A DNA stretch of 64,000 nucleotides, taken from contig JBFLGF010000006.1 in assembly GCA_050230475.1 (NCBI GenBank), positions 1-64,000 of the forward strand. The letters are read 5' to 3'. This DNA comes from Ancylonema sp. (Eukaryota). The notes beneath the pieces are model-generated. The model saw only the letters and a list, made by a program, of their open reading frames with translations. It made no database searches and was not told the origin of the DNA. Position 1 is the first letter of the stretch, and each line of letters opens with the position of its first letter. The position numbers and the translations under genes were made by a program. Positions 23,045 to 36,477 of the stretch are shown piece after piece.

Positions 23045-26000
23045 TCACAGATCCCTGACTGCCAATGGTAGGTCCATGATGAGTTCAAAGTAGCATCTCT
23101 CTTGTTCGCGTATGTACTTCACTTCACCAGACATCAACCAACCGATCTTCCGGCACATGGAGAGGCCCAACCCTTCTTGGTACTTGGTAGGGGTGTCTTC
23201 AGAGTCAATCATTTGTTGAATCAGATCCTCTGGGATGCCGTTGCCAGCATGAGTTACCCTGCCAGCAGGAGGGGGAGGAGTGGAGGCAAAGGCTTGACAC
23301 GGGAGACAACACACACATAGTGAACTAAAGTATCAAATTTCCTGTTTTCTGCACCAATGGCTAAATCCCCGGAGTCCATGCCAGACACCGGTGAAAGAGA
23401 AGATGTGAGTGATAGACCACAAAGCAAACGATCCGCATATATTCTGCAACGATCCTGAACCATTCGAAAGTCCCACATTCGTTACCATTGCCCCCCCCCC
23501 CCCCCCACAGCCCACATACCGAAACTCTATCTTCGCAACATCCCCCCCTTGTAGCATCCCCTCTGCGTGCTGCACTACTTTGATCTCCACCCACCCGCCA
23601 CGAGGCGTGAAGTTTATGGCATTGAGCAGAAACTCCGCCAAGACCTGCTGCAGCCTCACCGCGTCCCCAAGGCATCGCAAGGAGGAAAGGTGGGGGTGGG
23701 TATCGTAGTGCAGCTGCAGCCCCTTCTTGGAGACGAGCAGCAAGCCCTGCGAGACCACCGAGTTGATCAACCCTCCCACCGTGAACTCCCCCACCTCCAC
23801 CCTCATCTGCCCGCCGTCGATGCTCTCGACATCCCTGTCCTCCAGAATCCGCCTCAGCTGCTGCTCGCAAGCGGCGCTGGTCCCCACCACCTTCTGCTGC
23901 TTCTCCGTGAGGTGGGTGCAGAGGATGAGGCTGCGCGCGTACTCGATTCCGTTTAACGGCTTCTTCACCTCCTCACGGATGTACGCCACCTCCTTGGCCT
24001 TGCTCTCCGACATCAGCCCTGCAGACTTCTGCACCGCCAGCGCCTGCTGCAAATCGGGGGAGGCTGTGTGCAAGAAACAGAACACTCCCATGACCTCGCC
24101 CCCACCATCCACCCGCTTGTTGGTGCTGATCAAGGCGTATATTGTCTTGCCCTGCACAAAGCAACAAGCAACAGCACCCACAGTCAATAGATACACCACG
24201 CCCCGACCCCCGGCTACACTTCAAGACTTACTCCCCCCGCCCCCCCCCCCAACTTCGATACAGCCCAGCCCACCCCACAACGCCGACTCACATTCCTGTC
24301 CATGAAAGTGAAAGGCAGTTTGTCCACGTCCTGCCCCCCAATCGCGTTACTGAGCACGATCATAAACTTGGTCAAGTCGTCAGCGTTCTTCATCGGGCAC
24401 ATTCCCCCCACCCCAAAGACGTCTCCCGCCACCGTCCTCCCCACCACGTCGTTCTTCTCCAGCCCGGTTAACCGCTCTATCGCGGGATTCCACTCGCTGC
24501 AGTACCCGCACTCGTCCACCCCAAAGATGGGGGGGATGATTGAATTCCGGGCCTGCACGATAGTGGTGTAGTCCCCCTGGAGGCGCGTAAAATTATTCAG
24601 TGCCGTCTTTTGCACTGTCACGTCTTGACCCACGAAACAGACCCCTACCACAGCCTCCCTCGTCCCTCGCGATGCACAGGTGTTCACCACCAGAATGACT
24701 GGGAAGTCTGTCTGAGGGCCTGACCCGCCCCACCTGCGCAGCTGGAGCTCGACAATCTGCACCTCCTCACCTGCCGACACGAGCCCCAACCTCACTTTGT
24801 GAGAAAAGACAACGCAGTTATGCTGTCTGGCGACACTTGATGAAGCAGCCCCTCTCCTCCTCCACCCACTCCCACAGCCCCCGCCTTACCATTGATAGCG
24901 AGGTGGATAAGCCTTTCTGCAGTCTGTATGGAGTCGGGATGCACCACATCTTTCATTAGAGAGAGCCCCGTGGCTTTGGCAGCGGGCAGCCCTGTGAGTT
25001 TTGCCACCTTTGTGTTCCACCCGTTGATGGCCCCCGTGACATCCACTGCCAGGATGGGGGCGTTGGCTGTCTCGATCAGGCGGACCATCTCACTGGCCAC
25101 GGTGCCCAGCTCGTCCATGTCCTGGGAGGAGGACAGGTGGCAGGTTCAAGGGACAGGAGGCAGGCTTGAGGGACAGGTGGCAAAATAGCCGATAGTTGAA
25201 CACGGCATATGCCGGACGTGAATTCTGTGGTAACCACAGCCCGTTTCATATCTGTACATTTGGACATTCTTCTCACCTTCAGCTTCAGTTGGTTGAAGTG
25301 TTCGTAAATGAGGGCCTTGTTTTCCCTCTGCTCCACGTCAGCAAAGGCGGTCCTGAGGATGAGCTGGAGACTGTGGATGGCGTCCATTTCCACGCCCTCC
25401 CACGGCGCCGACCTCTTCTTCACCACCTCCAAGAAGGCGGCAAACGACGACCTCGGATGCATCTTGCGGGGGTCGTCCTTCTCCCGCCCCTCCTGTTGGG
25501 CCCCCGCCCACTTGATGTCTTTCTCCGCGTGCGAACGGAACCAGAAGACGAAATCCTTCTCTGTGATGCGCGCTGCGGCCATTCCGCATACCCTCACTCC
25601 CAACCCGTCTGCCTGCGGATACCCGGCCTCCGTCAACGACTCGGTGCTCAATCCCGTGGAGTCCTTGTGCCGCTCCGTCAACCAGTCCCTGATATCCCTC
25701 ACTTGAGCTTCGGACGGCGTCACTCCCAGCAGCCGACAGCTGTCCCTGTACAGCAGAGCCGCTCCGTCGCAGCGGACCAGGTCGCAGATGTTGGGGCTCT
25801 TAGAGACGATCCCCAGCGGCACATCCCTGAGCAGCATATTGCACAGCAGGGACTGCGTGCGCAGGATGTTTTTTTCCCGGACCTGCCTCCCCAGTTCCAC
25901 CTCCATGTTCAGGTGCAGCCCGACCACCTGCATCAGAAACTCGCAGGCGGAGCGCAGGGGGTAGGACACGTGTCGCGGCCGCGTGTGGTGGCAGACGACC

Positions 26001-27962
26001 AGTCCCCACAGCCTGCGGCCCGCAGTGGGGGCGGCTGCAGCGGGGGTTGGGGCGGCAGGGGAGGAGGGGGGTGGGGGAGGGTTTTCTGGGTCTTTCATGA
26101 CCACCGCCATGACGAGGGAGGCCAGTGAGCCCATGTTGGCCATGTACTGGGGGTGGCAAGCATGCACACCACGGAGACAGGACCTAGCAAGAGAGATGGG
26201 CTTCTTTAGGCGCTCGTCCTGCTTCACTTGTACCTGGACGATCAGAAACAAAGCATATGAGATTGGAGCTGGAACTAGCTTTGAGGCAGGGGCTGGGGCT
26301 GGGGCTGGGGCTGGGGCTGGGGTTGGGATAGTTGGTGAGAAGGGGATGTAACAGTGGTGATTCCAAACAGGGCCACAGAATACCATTACTATTTATGGGC
26401 CATACAGAAATCCATATCCCACTCACCGGTTCCGCATTGCAGTCGCAGATCATACGCACGCGGTTTGTCAAGAACAGGAAACGGGCGGCCTGGGGGATGT
26501 CCGTCGCTGGGTAGTGCAACCCGAGATAGGAATCCAAATCCGATCTTCGCGTTTCTGCGATCACCTCTCCATGATCATCCTCGTGGAATTTGTAGGCCAT
26601 CACTCGATCGTATCCGGTTAACTCCCTCACTTCCTCTACTACCGTGTTGCACAGAGCCCCAATGTCACCCCCAGGCAGTGCTTGCAGCCGGGATATGGCT
26701 TTGGCAGCCAGCTTGTTGGTCTGGAGAACACCTGCCGCGGACACTGAGCCGTCCGTGGGACGGACGGGCTCAAGGTCCATGACCAGTCCCACGTCAATCC
26801 GGTGCAGAATTGCGTAGAAACTATTGTTGGAGACCTTGGCTTGCAACGAGAGGGGGTTCATGAGGGCCAGATCCCTTGAACTGGCTGCCTTTTCGAGCAC
26901 AGACACGCTGCCAGCTGTGAAGATGGTGCGGACATCCGTGCCAATATCTGTGAAAAGGAGAATATCGAGCACCTGTACCAAATGAGTCCCCAAGTTTTGG
27001 AACTGTTTTGTCCCCACGTTATTGTGCCTGTAATTCATAAAACCAGCGAGTAGAATCAGTTTCTTGGATATGGGAAAAATGCCACGCGGTTGTACACCAG
27101 GTCAAGCAGGCAGCTTCAACGCAAGGAAATAGTCCAACCAAAGGCCAGTGACCAAATGTTGAGGGACATCTCTGAGCCTTCTTTAATGGCACAAAAATGA
27201 TATTAAAAAACAGATAATTGGTGTGTAAGAAGCCTGTTCGACTTGTGTTTTCACTCTCAGGCTCAGTATAAAAATTAGGAAGGGCCAGAAATCTGTTCAG
27301 GTGTCCTATCCCAGAGCAGGCCTACAGTCTCACAATACAGCCTCTTACATGTTATTTTTTCTCTCTTTGCCTCCCTTGGTGTCTGACAAACATCCTCTTA
27401 ATGTCTCCACTGCTGCTCATCAAGTGATACTGAAAAAAGAACGAGGCCACTCTCTTTTATCTCCTCTCACGCATTCCCACCATACATCCATCTCTATACC
27501 TGCTTTCTTGGCTGTGTCTTTATGGTTTATAAATCTTCAGAGGCATCTTAGCAGTGACTGGTGTCAGACGTCAGACAAGGTTGGGCACGTGAATGTGAAC
27601 TTGCCTACAGCAGGGGTGGGCCCTGCTTGGGGGCTCAAATTGAGGATCTCCACCGTATTTGCACTGAGGGCCAGCACTTTGAAGGTATCCACTTCCACAG
27701 CCACCATGCATCCAAAAGATTGTGTAATGCCTCCTCGCACCATCTTGTGAAGGTATGCAGGAACAGCAGCGGATGGCAACTGATTACCCACTGCGCCACT
27801 GCTGACGTCAACAGACTTGGAGTAGTCAAACAGGTCGCCAGAGGTGACTGAGTCATTGTAGGCAGCATGAAGAAGGGAATCCGCTGTGGTCTGAGCGATG
27901 CATAGTTCTCTCTTGGACTTTGCGGAGCTCCTAGAGGATTTTTGCGTATGGGGATCTGCCAT
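23045..27962 (-). CDS. PHY: Canonical plant-type phytochrome (PAS-GAF-PHY-PAS-PAS-HKRD), about 1130 aa; exons 27962-27605, 26947-26427, 26233-25277, 25121-24890, 24770-24292, 24151-23520, 23258-23045
   Basis: Motifs [36 protein letters not shown], chromophore site [51 protein letters not shown] and [10 protein letters not shown]. The splice sites give a continuous 3393-nt frame. Confidence 0.96.
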
Positions 27963-30897
27963 AGCTTCAGGAGTAATCAAAGTGATGTCGAACTCGAGCA
28001 ACAGGTTGGTCTTCAAGACGCCCAAGCTGAGCTGGGGTCATCCTCCGGGTTAGTACTTGTTGACGTCGGTGAAATGTCACATGTACAGGAGCTGAAATGC
28101 CACTTTCTGTTTTGAGCTTCGAGCGGTGAGAGAGCCAAAATAAAAGAGCCAAGAGCCTGAAGCAACGAAAAAACGTGATAACAGTAAGGGACCAGATGGA
28201 CAGCACAGGATTGAATTCTCAAGAAATTGATTATTGTGAAGAGTAAGAACGTGTTGCAGATTCGGCTGGGATAAAGCCAACAGAGCTAGACATTGGCTGG
28301 GATTAGCCACTCCAGATAGTATACTGCCTAAATGTAATGATTAACTGGGCCTGCTTGGCACTCATCGGTAGATGGTGCTGACAAGAGTGTGATTGACACG
28401 TCGTAGGCACTTCGACTGACCTCTATACACATGTGAAGCACTAAAGCAACTGTAGATAATTGATTTAAAAGTCCAAGAACATGTTCATGAGCTGATCTAC
28501 ACTCCACTTTCTGACAGTAAGCAGCCAGCTAAGTCGAAGCAAAGCCTCGGATGATTAAGGTGAACAAATGTGAACCAAGACGAAATTAATTTACCTCATC
28601 AACTTGAACAATACAATATCGAATGTGGCACTATGTCCAAAGAAAAATGAATATTTCACAGACATGCCACTGTCAAAGACAAAAAACAAAAAACAAAAAA
28701 CCTTTCAAGTCGTGAGAGCCTGTCCACAATTTCCAAGGGCTCATGTCAAGTCGTGAGATTCGCACGACAGTGACAACATGGAGCATGGAGCAATCTTGAC
28801 TAACACGACAGCTCACCTACCTGCTTCGACACACTTGAAAAGGCGTTCCACTCAGAATTACAGTAAGACGGTAGTTTTGAAGTGCTTTTACCGCTCTACA
28901 GGTGATATCTCTGGCCGGAAGGCATGTTGAAGGACTATACATGGCGAGGCAGCAGAATCCAGGGGCGCGACCCTGACCAACAGGAACACATACAATGGCG
29001 CACATGGCAGCGCACGCTTCTGCGACTAAATTGATGGCCACGGCTTCCAGGAGTCCTAAGAGGTGGTCAGCCAGAGCTCTCTCAAACGCCGCACGTGCAA
29101 TGAAGCCCATGGTACGTGATGTGGGCATGTGAACCATCTCAGACCCCTACAGACCGCCGATTGCAGAAAAAAGAAGTCGTTGTAGGGAAACGAGACACGT
29201 TGGAATGGACGGGCATCCCAGATCCCTGCCATTCCCCGCCCCCCTTTTCTCATCGTCCGCGGCCCGATTTCGATACGCACCCAGGTGTCACGATCTGGTC
29301 AAGCGAACATGTTTTTTGCATACGTGGCAATATCGGTATTCACGTGCCTTGTGTGTACGCGCGCATATATTCGTGCTGACTGCGGACTCCACGTGACATT
29401 GTGCAGATTCTGTGATGGATCGTGTTGGCGAAAACTTTTGCTTCGACCTTTTCGCCGAAAAGCCGGCCGGCCGGCGTTCCAAGCCGTAGTGTTCGGGCCC
29501 ACCAGCCACCCTCAACCACCCGCGATCCGATCTGGTCCGAAACCCGACCGAACCTCAGCATATTCGCGGGTGCTATATCGCCCATCTTCTATTCGCCCTC
29601 CCACAGCCATCCAACCGCCCCCACCGCGATGCACCCGCCGACCCGCCAAAAGTTGCGGGTTGTGTGGATAAATGACAGTTCAGTATGCCAGACGTACGTG
29701 TGTGATTGGTTACACTCAAACCTAACCTCTGCTTGACCTCTGCATGGACAAATAAAATATAGAGCGGTCTATCATAAGCTCGTTACCATCAACAATATTT
29801 TTCAAAACGAAACAACGACTAAGAATGAGGCATCTCCAAGTACACCTGGCCCCATGACGAAAGGGAAGGTGTCGATCATACTTGTGTTCACACTCGTGGT
29901 TCTTAATGATGAAAGAGGCGCCATCATGTAGGGAGACGATTGTGTATTGAGATTAAATATCGTCATCGATTTGCTCGATGCCATCAATTTCCTTCCACAA
30001 TAATTTACTTAGTTACACCTCATTCCCCTCTTACTTCTGATGAAAATATGCCAATATTTTGTTAGTTGTCCACGATCATCGTTGTAGATGTGCCAATATG
30101 TAGAGAATCGGGGAATTGGATTTCTTCATTTAGTTAATAGAGTATGAGAATTTTTCTCCCTTCTTTTTTTCCACTTTGATGCTTCTGCATTCTAGATATC
30201 ACGCACTCAATTCTCCTTTCTAGTTTCCCAAAAGTTGTATTCATGCGGATAGATGTTGGGAATAAGCAACATTTTATGTGATTACAATGATGATCATACA
30301 GGACTTATGTATTGAATATGGTTGTCCACGGGGACCAAGTACGGTGGTGAGTCGTACTTCGTATATTCGTGTTAAGAATGTGCTTGAAACACATAAACCC
30401 TTCGGAATCGCTAGTTCTAAGGGGCACCATTGTGTACAAGCACTTCGAAAAGGTACACACATGTCTCCATAACCATTTAGCAAGTTAGGGATAACCCGTA
30501 ATTTAGATTTTGAAGTTGCCCAGACGGCAATTTAGGGCTTGATTTATCTATTTAAAAAAAAATCCTCCTCCTTTAGACAGGATTCTTTTAGACAGGTTTT
30601 CTGTTGGAGAAGGACAAATGCGCGAAACTTGCAAGGAATGCGCGAGCCATCATCACGCACGTGCGATAATTCGCGCACAGCGACTGCTGAGGAGGCAGGT
30701 TGATTGAAACGCTGGTTTCTGGTTCCCAACGCTGCAAGTCAACGCACGTGCGTTGTTGTCAACAGCAAGAAGGACCAGCAACCAAAAAAAAACACATTCG
30801 ACGACGCTACGGGGCGCTTTCAGGAACTCCCCTCGCCATAGACGCTTCGTTGTGACTAGTGGGTTGGTTGAGGTGGTACATTCTGGGAGATGTCTCA

Positions 30898-31134
30898 TAG
30901 GAAGGCTGACAACCTAGCCTAGCCTAGTGGAAGTGACGTCGAGGCTACCCAGCCTCCAAATCGGAAGTCGTAAAGTGAGATCATGATTTATGACTAAACT
31001 AGATACCCCGCCTGGCAACCTCCAAGTTTCTTCCTCGACGACAATAGTGGGATCATGATCCCACTATACGACTTCCGATTAAAAGCTGGGTAACCTCGAC
31101 GTCACTCCACCAGGACATTTTGTCAGCCTTCCTA
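30898..31134. mobile_element. MITE / foldback with long inverted arms
   Basis: TAGGAAGGCTGACAA...TTGTCAGCCTTCCTA. The arms pair for about 90 bp (GTGACGTCGAGG.TACCCAGC..AATCGGAAGTCGTA and its reverse complement). Confidence 0.8.
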
Positions 31135-32389
31135 TAACCTCGCGGCCAATACAGAATATAATGAGCTCGATTCGCTGATTAACGAAGCGATGTATACTCC
31201 GAGATTTGCAGACAACAACAATAGTCACACCAAAAGGCAAGGAAAGAGATGGTTGAGCCGATTAGCCGATGAGTGTACCGACGTTTGCCAACAGGCATGA
31301 TGTGAGTGGCGAGGTTAAGAACGTCGCTATCTTGTTGGTTACGGTAATCAGGGAGCGGCAAGTGGAGCTTTCTTAGAGTACACTATTTCTCGCAGTACAA
31401 CAGCGGTCTCTGTGTCTCCTATCTAGCCTCTTCCGAGTTCGCCATAACATAGCGCGGCCTGCTTGTGGTAGTTCTGGAAGCTATCACGCAGCAGCTTTGA
31501 TCAGTCGTGCAAGCATAAACAAGCCAAGGTCAGTTACAGCAAACAACTCGACAGCGCCAGACTTCTGAGACTCCGGAATTCCTACATATCTGAATTTAGG
31601 GTTTGTACAATTGATATTTGAGAGGACGAACCTAAAATTGGAAATCATATGCTGCTCGCAACCGGTTTTGATGGATCAGGGTTCTGTACAGACGGAAACC
31701 CAGCAAAAGCTCTAGCATGGATTGAAATAACTGCCAATCAGCACGACGTACTAGCTTTTACCTAAGCACTAGGAACTGAAAGGGAGGCTTACTGTCTGTA
31801 ATCGCGGTTCATTTGAACCTAGTTGACAATACTGTCGCCTACCCAGTGTTTGGACCCGCGGCAGGTACTCGGAAATCTTCCTCACCGGCGCAGAACCTGT
31901 CATCAAGGAATCTGATACATATTCTGACCACCAGTGCAGCAGCAGCACCGGCAGCAGCTCGCCTCGAAGAATAACCGGGTACCGAGTACGGTTACCCGCG
32001 TCTGCGACCACCTGAATGACAGCTGCTACTCTGATACAAGTGACCCTGAACCATGCACTGGCACTTCAATTGGCCCTCCCTAGACATTGACTCGGTCGGA
32101 TCAGATCCATCAGATTTCAAACCCAGAACTGAAGCCGTAGCCGACACGTCTCTCCTTCACCTCCTGCCAGCTCCTGGCAATTTTCGACGTTGCAATCAAC
32201 CATACCCAACCGAAATCGTCTCATCGGCCCAGATCTCCCCACCGAGAGTAAACAATAGTATATCCATAGGAGCCAGGACAGGTGGCGAAATCAGAGAAGT
32301 CAGGCAGGCCAAGTTGACGACCAGCTTCCACCAAAAAGGGAGCTCATTCCCTCAGCGCCCAGCCACGTGTGAAAGGTGAAAGTAGGGCC

Positions 32390-34773
32390 ATGCCTGGTCT
32401 ATCCGCGGGTACCCGTAGTGGTTTGAGTTGGACCAAGTGGCGCAGACCCGGTTATGGTTGTGGTGCGAAAGTGGCCCGGGAGGAAACGCTGCCGCCCCTC
32501 ACGGAAGATGAGGACAAGGGAGAGAGGGGGTGCAATCTAGACGTACTCCCGGTGAGGATAGCAGTTTTTTCTTTTTTTTCTTTTTTTCTGTGGTGTATGA
32601 GTGTGTGTGTGTGTACTTTTTGGTGTCCCCCCCCTGCTCTATATGGATGTATGCAGCTGCTCTTACCATATCATCCCTAACAGCAGAAGAAGGATGCTAT
32701 TTCACCCACCCACATTCCTTCCCACCCGTATCCCTGCCTCGCGCCTGTGACATCTGTTCACTTCCCCTTTCATCACGTTCGCTCACCCTCCACCTCCGAA
32801 TCCGTACCCCTTTTCAGGACGACATTCTTCTGAGCATCCTGGCCATGGTTTGCGCCAGAGCCAGGAAACCTTCCGACTTCATCAGCGTACGATTAACGTG
32901 AGTGAACAAACAAAGCCCATGAGACCATGAGCCCATCACCTCGCCTCACAGAGATCTGCTTCGGTTATGGGACAGGTAGCTGTAGCACTTCACTGTTTGA
33001 AAAGTAGAGTACATACCATGTGTGTACCATACTGCTATTTCCATGTGCTGCTGCTGCGCTAAATTGATGAACATTGACGCTTATGACGCACATCACAACA
33101 TTATTTATTTGTGTTCCCCCCCCCCCAAATCTCAGCCAACTCACTCTCCCACTCTCCCCCCTCCACCTTTTCTAAAAAACCCCCATCCTCACATCCTCAC
33201 ATCCTCACATCCTCACATGCTGCCCTGTCTCTGCCGCCGCGTCCACGTCCGTCCTTGCCAGGTGTCGCTGCCTGAACCTCCTCACCTCCCTCCCCGAGGT
33301 TCTACGCTGCGCGTCTCCCGGCGCCCTCTGGCCTCGCGCCTCCCAGTGGGGCCCACAGGTGGAGAGATTCATGTGGCAAGCGGCGGGGGCGGGATCAAGT
33401 CACGCGGCGTACACGCTGGGGATGGTGAGCACACCATTCACGCACCCGATTCGTTGCATCTCATTCCTTGATCCGATTCGTTGCATCCGATTCGTTGATC
33501 TGGGCGGTGGATTCTATGCCCGGTGGAATCGAACGGCCTGTTGTAGAGCAGGCGAGGGTTTCTGTGGGGAGGCAGTTCTGCAATTCTGCAGTTCGATGCA
33601 TGGAGTGGGAGTGAGAAAGGGTATGGAGGGACTGGAACGGTGATACAGAGTACGGAGGTCTGTAGTGACTCAGAGCCTCCCCCGTAAAGGGTGCAAGGGG
33701 GGGGGAGGGAAATCAGGAACATACCAATCAAACGAAAGAGAAAATCACAGACATCATACATTTTTATGGCGAGGGATGAAGATAAGGGATCTCTTTGAGT
33801 TTCATTGGTTAGTATGCACTTTTTCACCCTTCCTCTGTTCCCCAATGTACCTATCTTCCCGAAAACAGTTCCTCCTTCCCATGTCACACGCCTACCTTTG
33901 AATCAGACCCACCATACTCGTTTGATGCTTCTGTTTGACATCCCTGATCACTTCTCACTGCCACTGATCCGTGTGTTACTGGTCCCTGGTTTCTTACATC
34001 TGCTGTTGTGTTCTCCTGGCTCCCTCCTTTCTCCAGGTGCTTTTCTACTGCCGCCACGACACGGATCGCGTTCAAGGCGCCCTCCTGTTGGCCCGCGCTG
34101 CAGTGGCGCAGCACAGACCCGCCCTGTACGCACTGGCCGTCATCCTATTCAACGGCAGTGGGGTGGGGAGAGACCAAAAGGTGAAGACTCGGAATTAAGG
34201 AGGAGGATGGCTATGTCCTTCAATCCCCTCTTATTTTTCTCTCTTTGTACAATGTACAATCTTTTTCTTCTCTTTTTTTTTTGTTTTTTTTTTTTGTTTT
34301 GTTTATTAGAGTACATGAACGTGGAGATAAAACATGTTTGTTTCTCAAAACATTCAAGTGACTCGTTATAACAGTTTCGGTGCTTACTTAATACATCAAC
34401 AAAAAAACCCAAAAAAAAGATGGCCCTGCTCCGCCATTCCTCCTACTAGTCGTTTTGAGAAGCTTCTGAGAAGCTTCTGATGTTTTTTTTTTTGTTGTGC
34501 AGAATTTGGAGGCGGGTGTCGTGTTATGCTGTCGAGCTGCTGCCCTGGGGAATGAGAATGCGATCCGAGAGTTGGGTCACTGCTTACAGGTCAGGGATGG
34601 AAAAAGGCGGCAGAGAACAAGGACTCTTATACATGAAGTGCTCAGACAGAGTGACACAGTGCCTACTGTCTACTATGGAAGAGCGTGTGGGCGATTAAAT
34701 TCCGGATTTTTGAAATGGGCACATGAATGATTTAATGGTAGTCATCAGCACATACTGCCTTGCGATGAGGTGC

Positions 34774-34818
<45 letters not shown>

Positions 34819-36477
34819 TATTAATATTAATAATAATATTTAATGGTAAGCTATCAAGCATGCCTCTGGGGCCTTTGCGCATCAACTTCGGCTGTTTTCC
34901 TGAAAACTGATCCCTCTTTCTCCCCGAATACGAGGGGACCTCATAGACACTTCCAACGCGGAAACAAAAGAGTAATAGAGTAATAGAGTAAAAGAGTAAT
35001 AGAGTAAAAGAGTAAAAGAGTAATAGAGTAATAGAGTAATAGAGGCTGCACTCTCACATGCTACACAGAAATAACCATGTTACAACTTCAACATACTGAT
35101 TGCCCCCCCCCTCATCCCTCCTCTCTCACCTTGTCATTACTGTTTGAAACCACCAACCAGCACCCCGCAACCAGCAACCGGGCATATCCCCATCCACCTT
35201 CTCCTTCACCTCCCACCCACACCAACTGACACCCTCCCCCCCCTCCCCCCCCTCCCCCCTCCTCCCCCCTCCCCCCCTCCCTTCAGCACGGGTACGGAGT
35301 CCAACGAGAAGTGGCGTCTGGTCGCCACGTTTTGTGCCTCCTGGAAATCAACGCAAAGCAGCTGGGGGCTCAGGCCGCGCTGACAGCTGTCGCACACGCA
35401 GCCCTCCCCTCGAAGCCCGTCCCCCCCCACTCGGCGGCGGCCCTCGTGATGACACACGTGCAGGAAAGGAGGGCGCGTGTCGTCGCGGCGCCACCTGTCA
35501 CGCTGGCGGAACGCAGAGCCGCGTCTGGGGCGGGGGCGGGGGTGGGGGCGGGGGAGAGCAGCGTGCGCAACCAGATCCACGTGTATGACGTGGCGCAGGA
35601 CACGGCCAGACTGGACAGGTGGCTGAGGTCACCTAGATTCGAACAGGAAGAGGCGTGCTTGCTGGCAGGACAGGGGGGGGGGGACAGGTGTCAACGGGAG
35701 TCTGGGCTCAGGGAGGCCGTATCCTGGGGCTCCTTCCGCTGCATGGTGCTCCCCAGACAGGAACCCGTAGCCCACGGCATCACCATACACCACATTCTCA
35801 CTGCCGCCTTGTCAGCAATCCAGTCAGCAGGCCCCGTGGAGGTGCCAGGTGGTGTCACCGCAGGCATGGTGGCACAGGCCGTGGCTTGGGTCGAGCAGCT
35901 GACCCGTCTCAATTCTGACAGCCTTGAGTTCAAGTCCCTTGTGTCACGAATACTGCCCCACCAACCGCCACAACCCCCCCCCCATCCCCCCACCGACGCC
36001 GCCCACCAGGTCATGGTCGCGCACGCGCGGCGCGCCGCCACCTCCACGAGCGGCGTCCCGCCACGTGGCGGCAGCACGAGACTCGTGGAAATCGCGGCGG
36101 AACTCCACCAACACCACCTGCAGCAGCAGCAGCAGCAGCAGCTGCGCATGTGCTCCCACGCGGCGTGCGGCCGTACGGAGACACGTCAGCATGAGTTCCG
36201 CCGGTGCTCCGCGTGCGGCGCGGTCAACTACTGCTCGACCGTGTGTCAGGAGCACCACTGGGTGGCGAGGCACAGGGACCAGTGCCCGGGGATGGCGGCG
36301 GCGATGGCGGCCAACGGGGTCATGCCACCTGGTGTCGACGTGGACGAGTACGACGGGGGGTACGGGGGACCGGACATGGCGCTCACGCCGAGGGGGGGGC
36401 AGCCGGAAGTCGTGTTTGCGTTTGGGGGGGGGGGGGGGGGGGGCAGGGCGGAAGCTATGGAGATAGACGAGGTGTAG
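32390..36477 (+). CDS. F-box / SEL1-like repeat / MYND zinc-finger protein, about 608 aa; exons 32390-32551, 32818-32897, 33262-33424, 34037-34180, 34503-34589, 35287-36477
   Basis: F-box LDVLP|DDILLSIL..PSDFISVRLTC; SEL1-like AAYTLGM|VLFYC, ALYALAVILFNGSG and AIRELGHCLQ|HGYGV; MYND LRMCSHAACGRTETRQHEFRRCSACGAVNYCSTVCQEHHW..HRDQC. All introns are GT-AG and in frame. The start codon is uncertain. Confidence 0.9.
34774..34840. repeat. (AAT)n microsatellite in an intron
   Basis: Run of TAA/AAT triplets. Confidence 0.9.
34968..35044. repeat. 8-bp minisatellite AGAGTAA(T/A) in an intron
   Basis: About 9 tandem copies. Confidence 0.9.

Noticed and set aside
23045..24000. Active histidine kinase, PHYX-type or neochrome architecture
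   Set aside because: The H-box reads [11 protein letters not shown] with no phospho-accepting His, and there is no receiver, LOV or Ser/Thr kinase domain. It is a normal HKRD.
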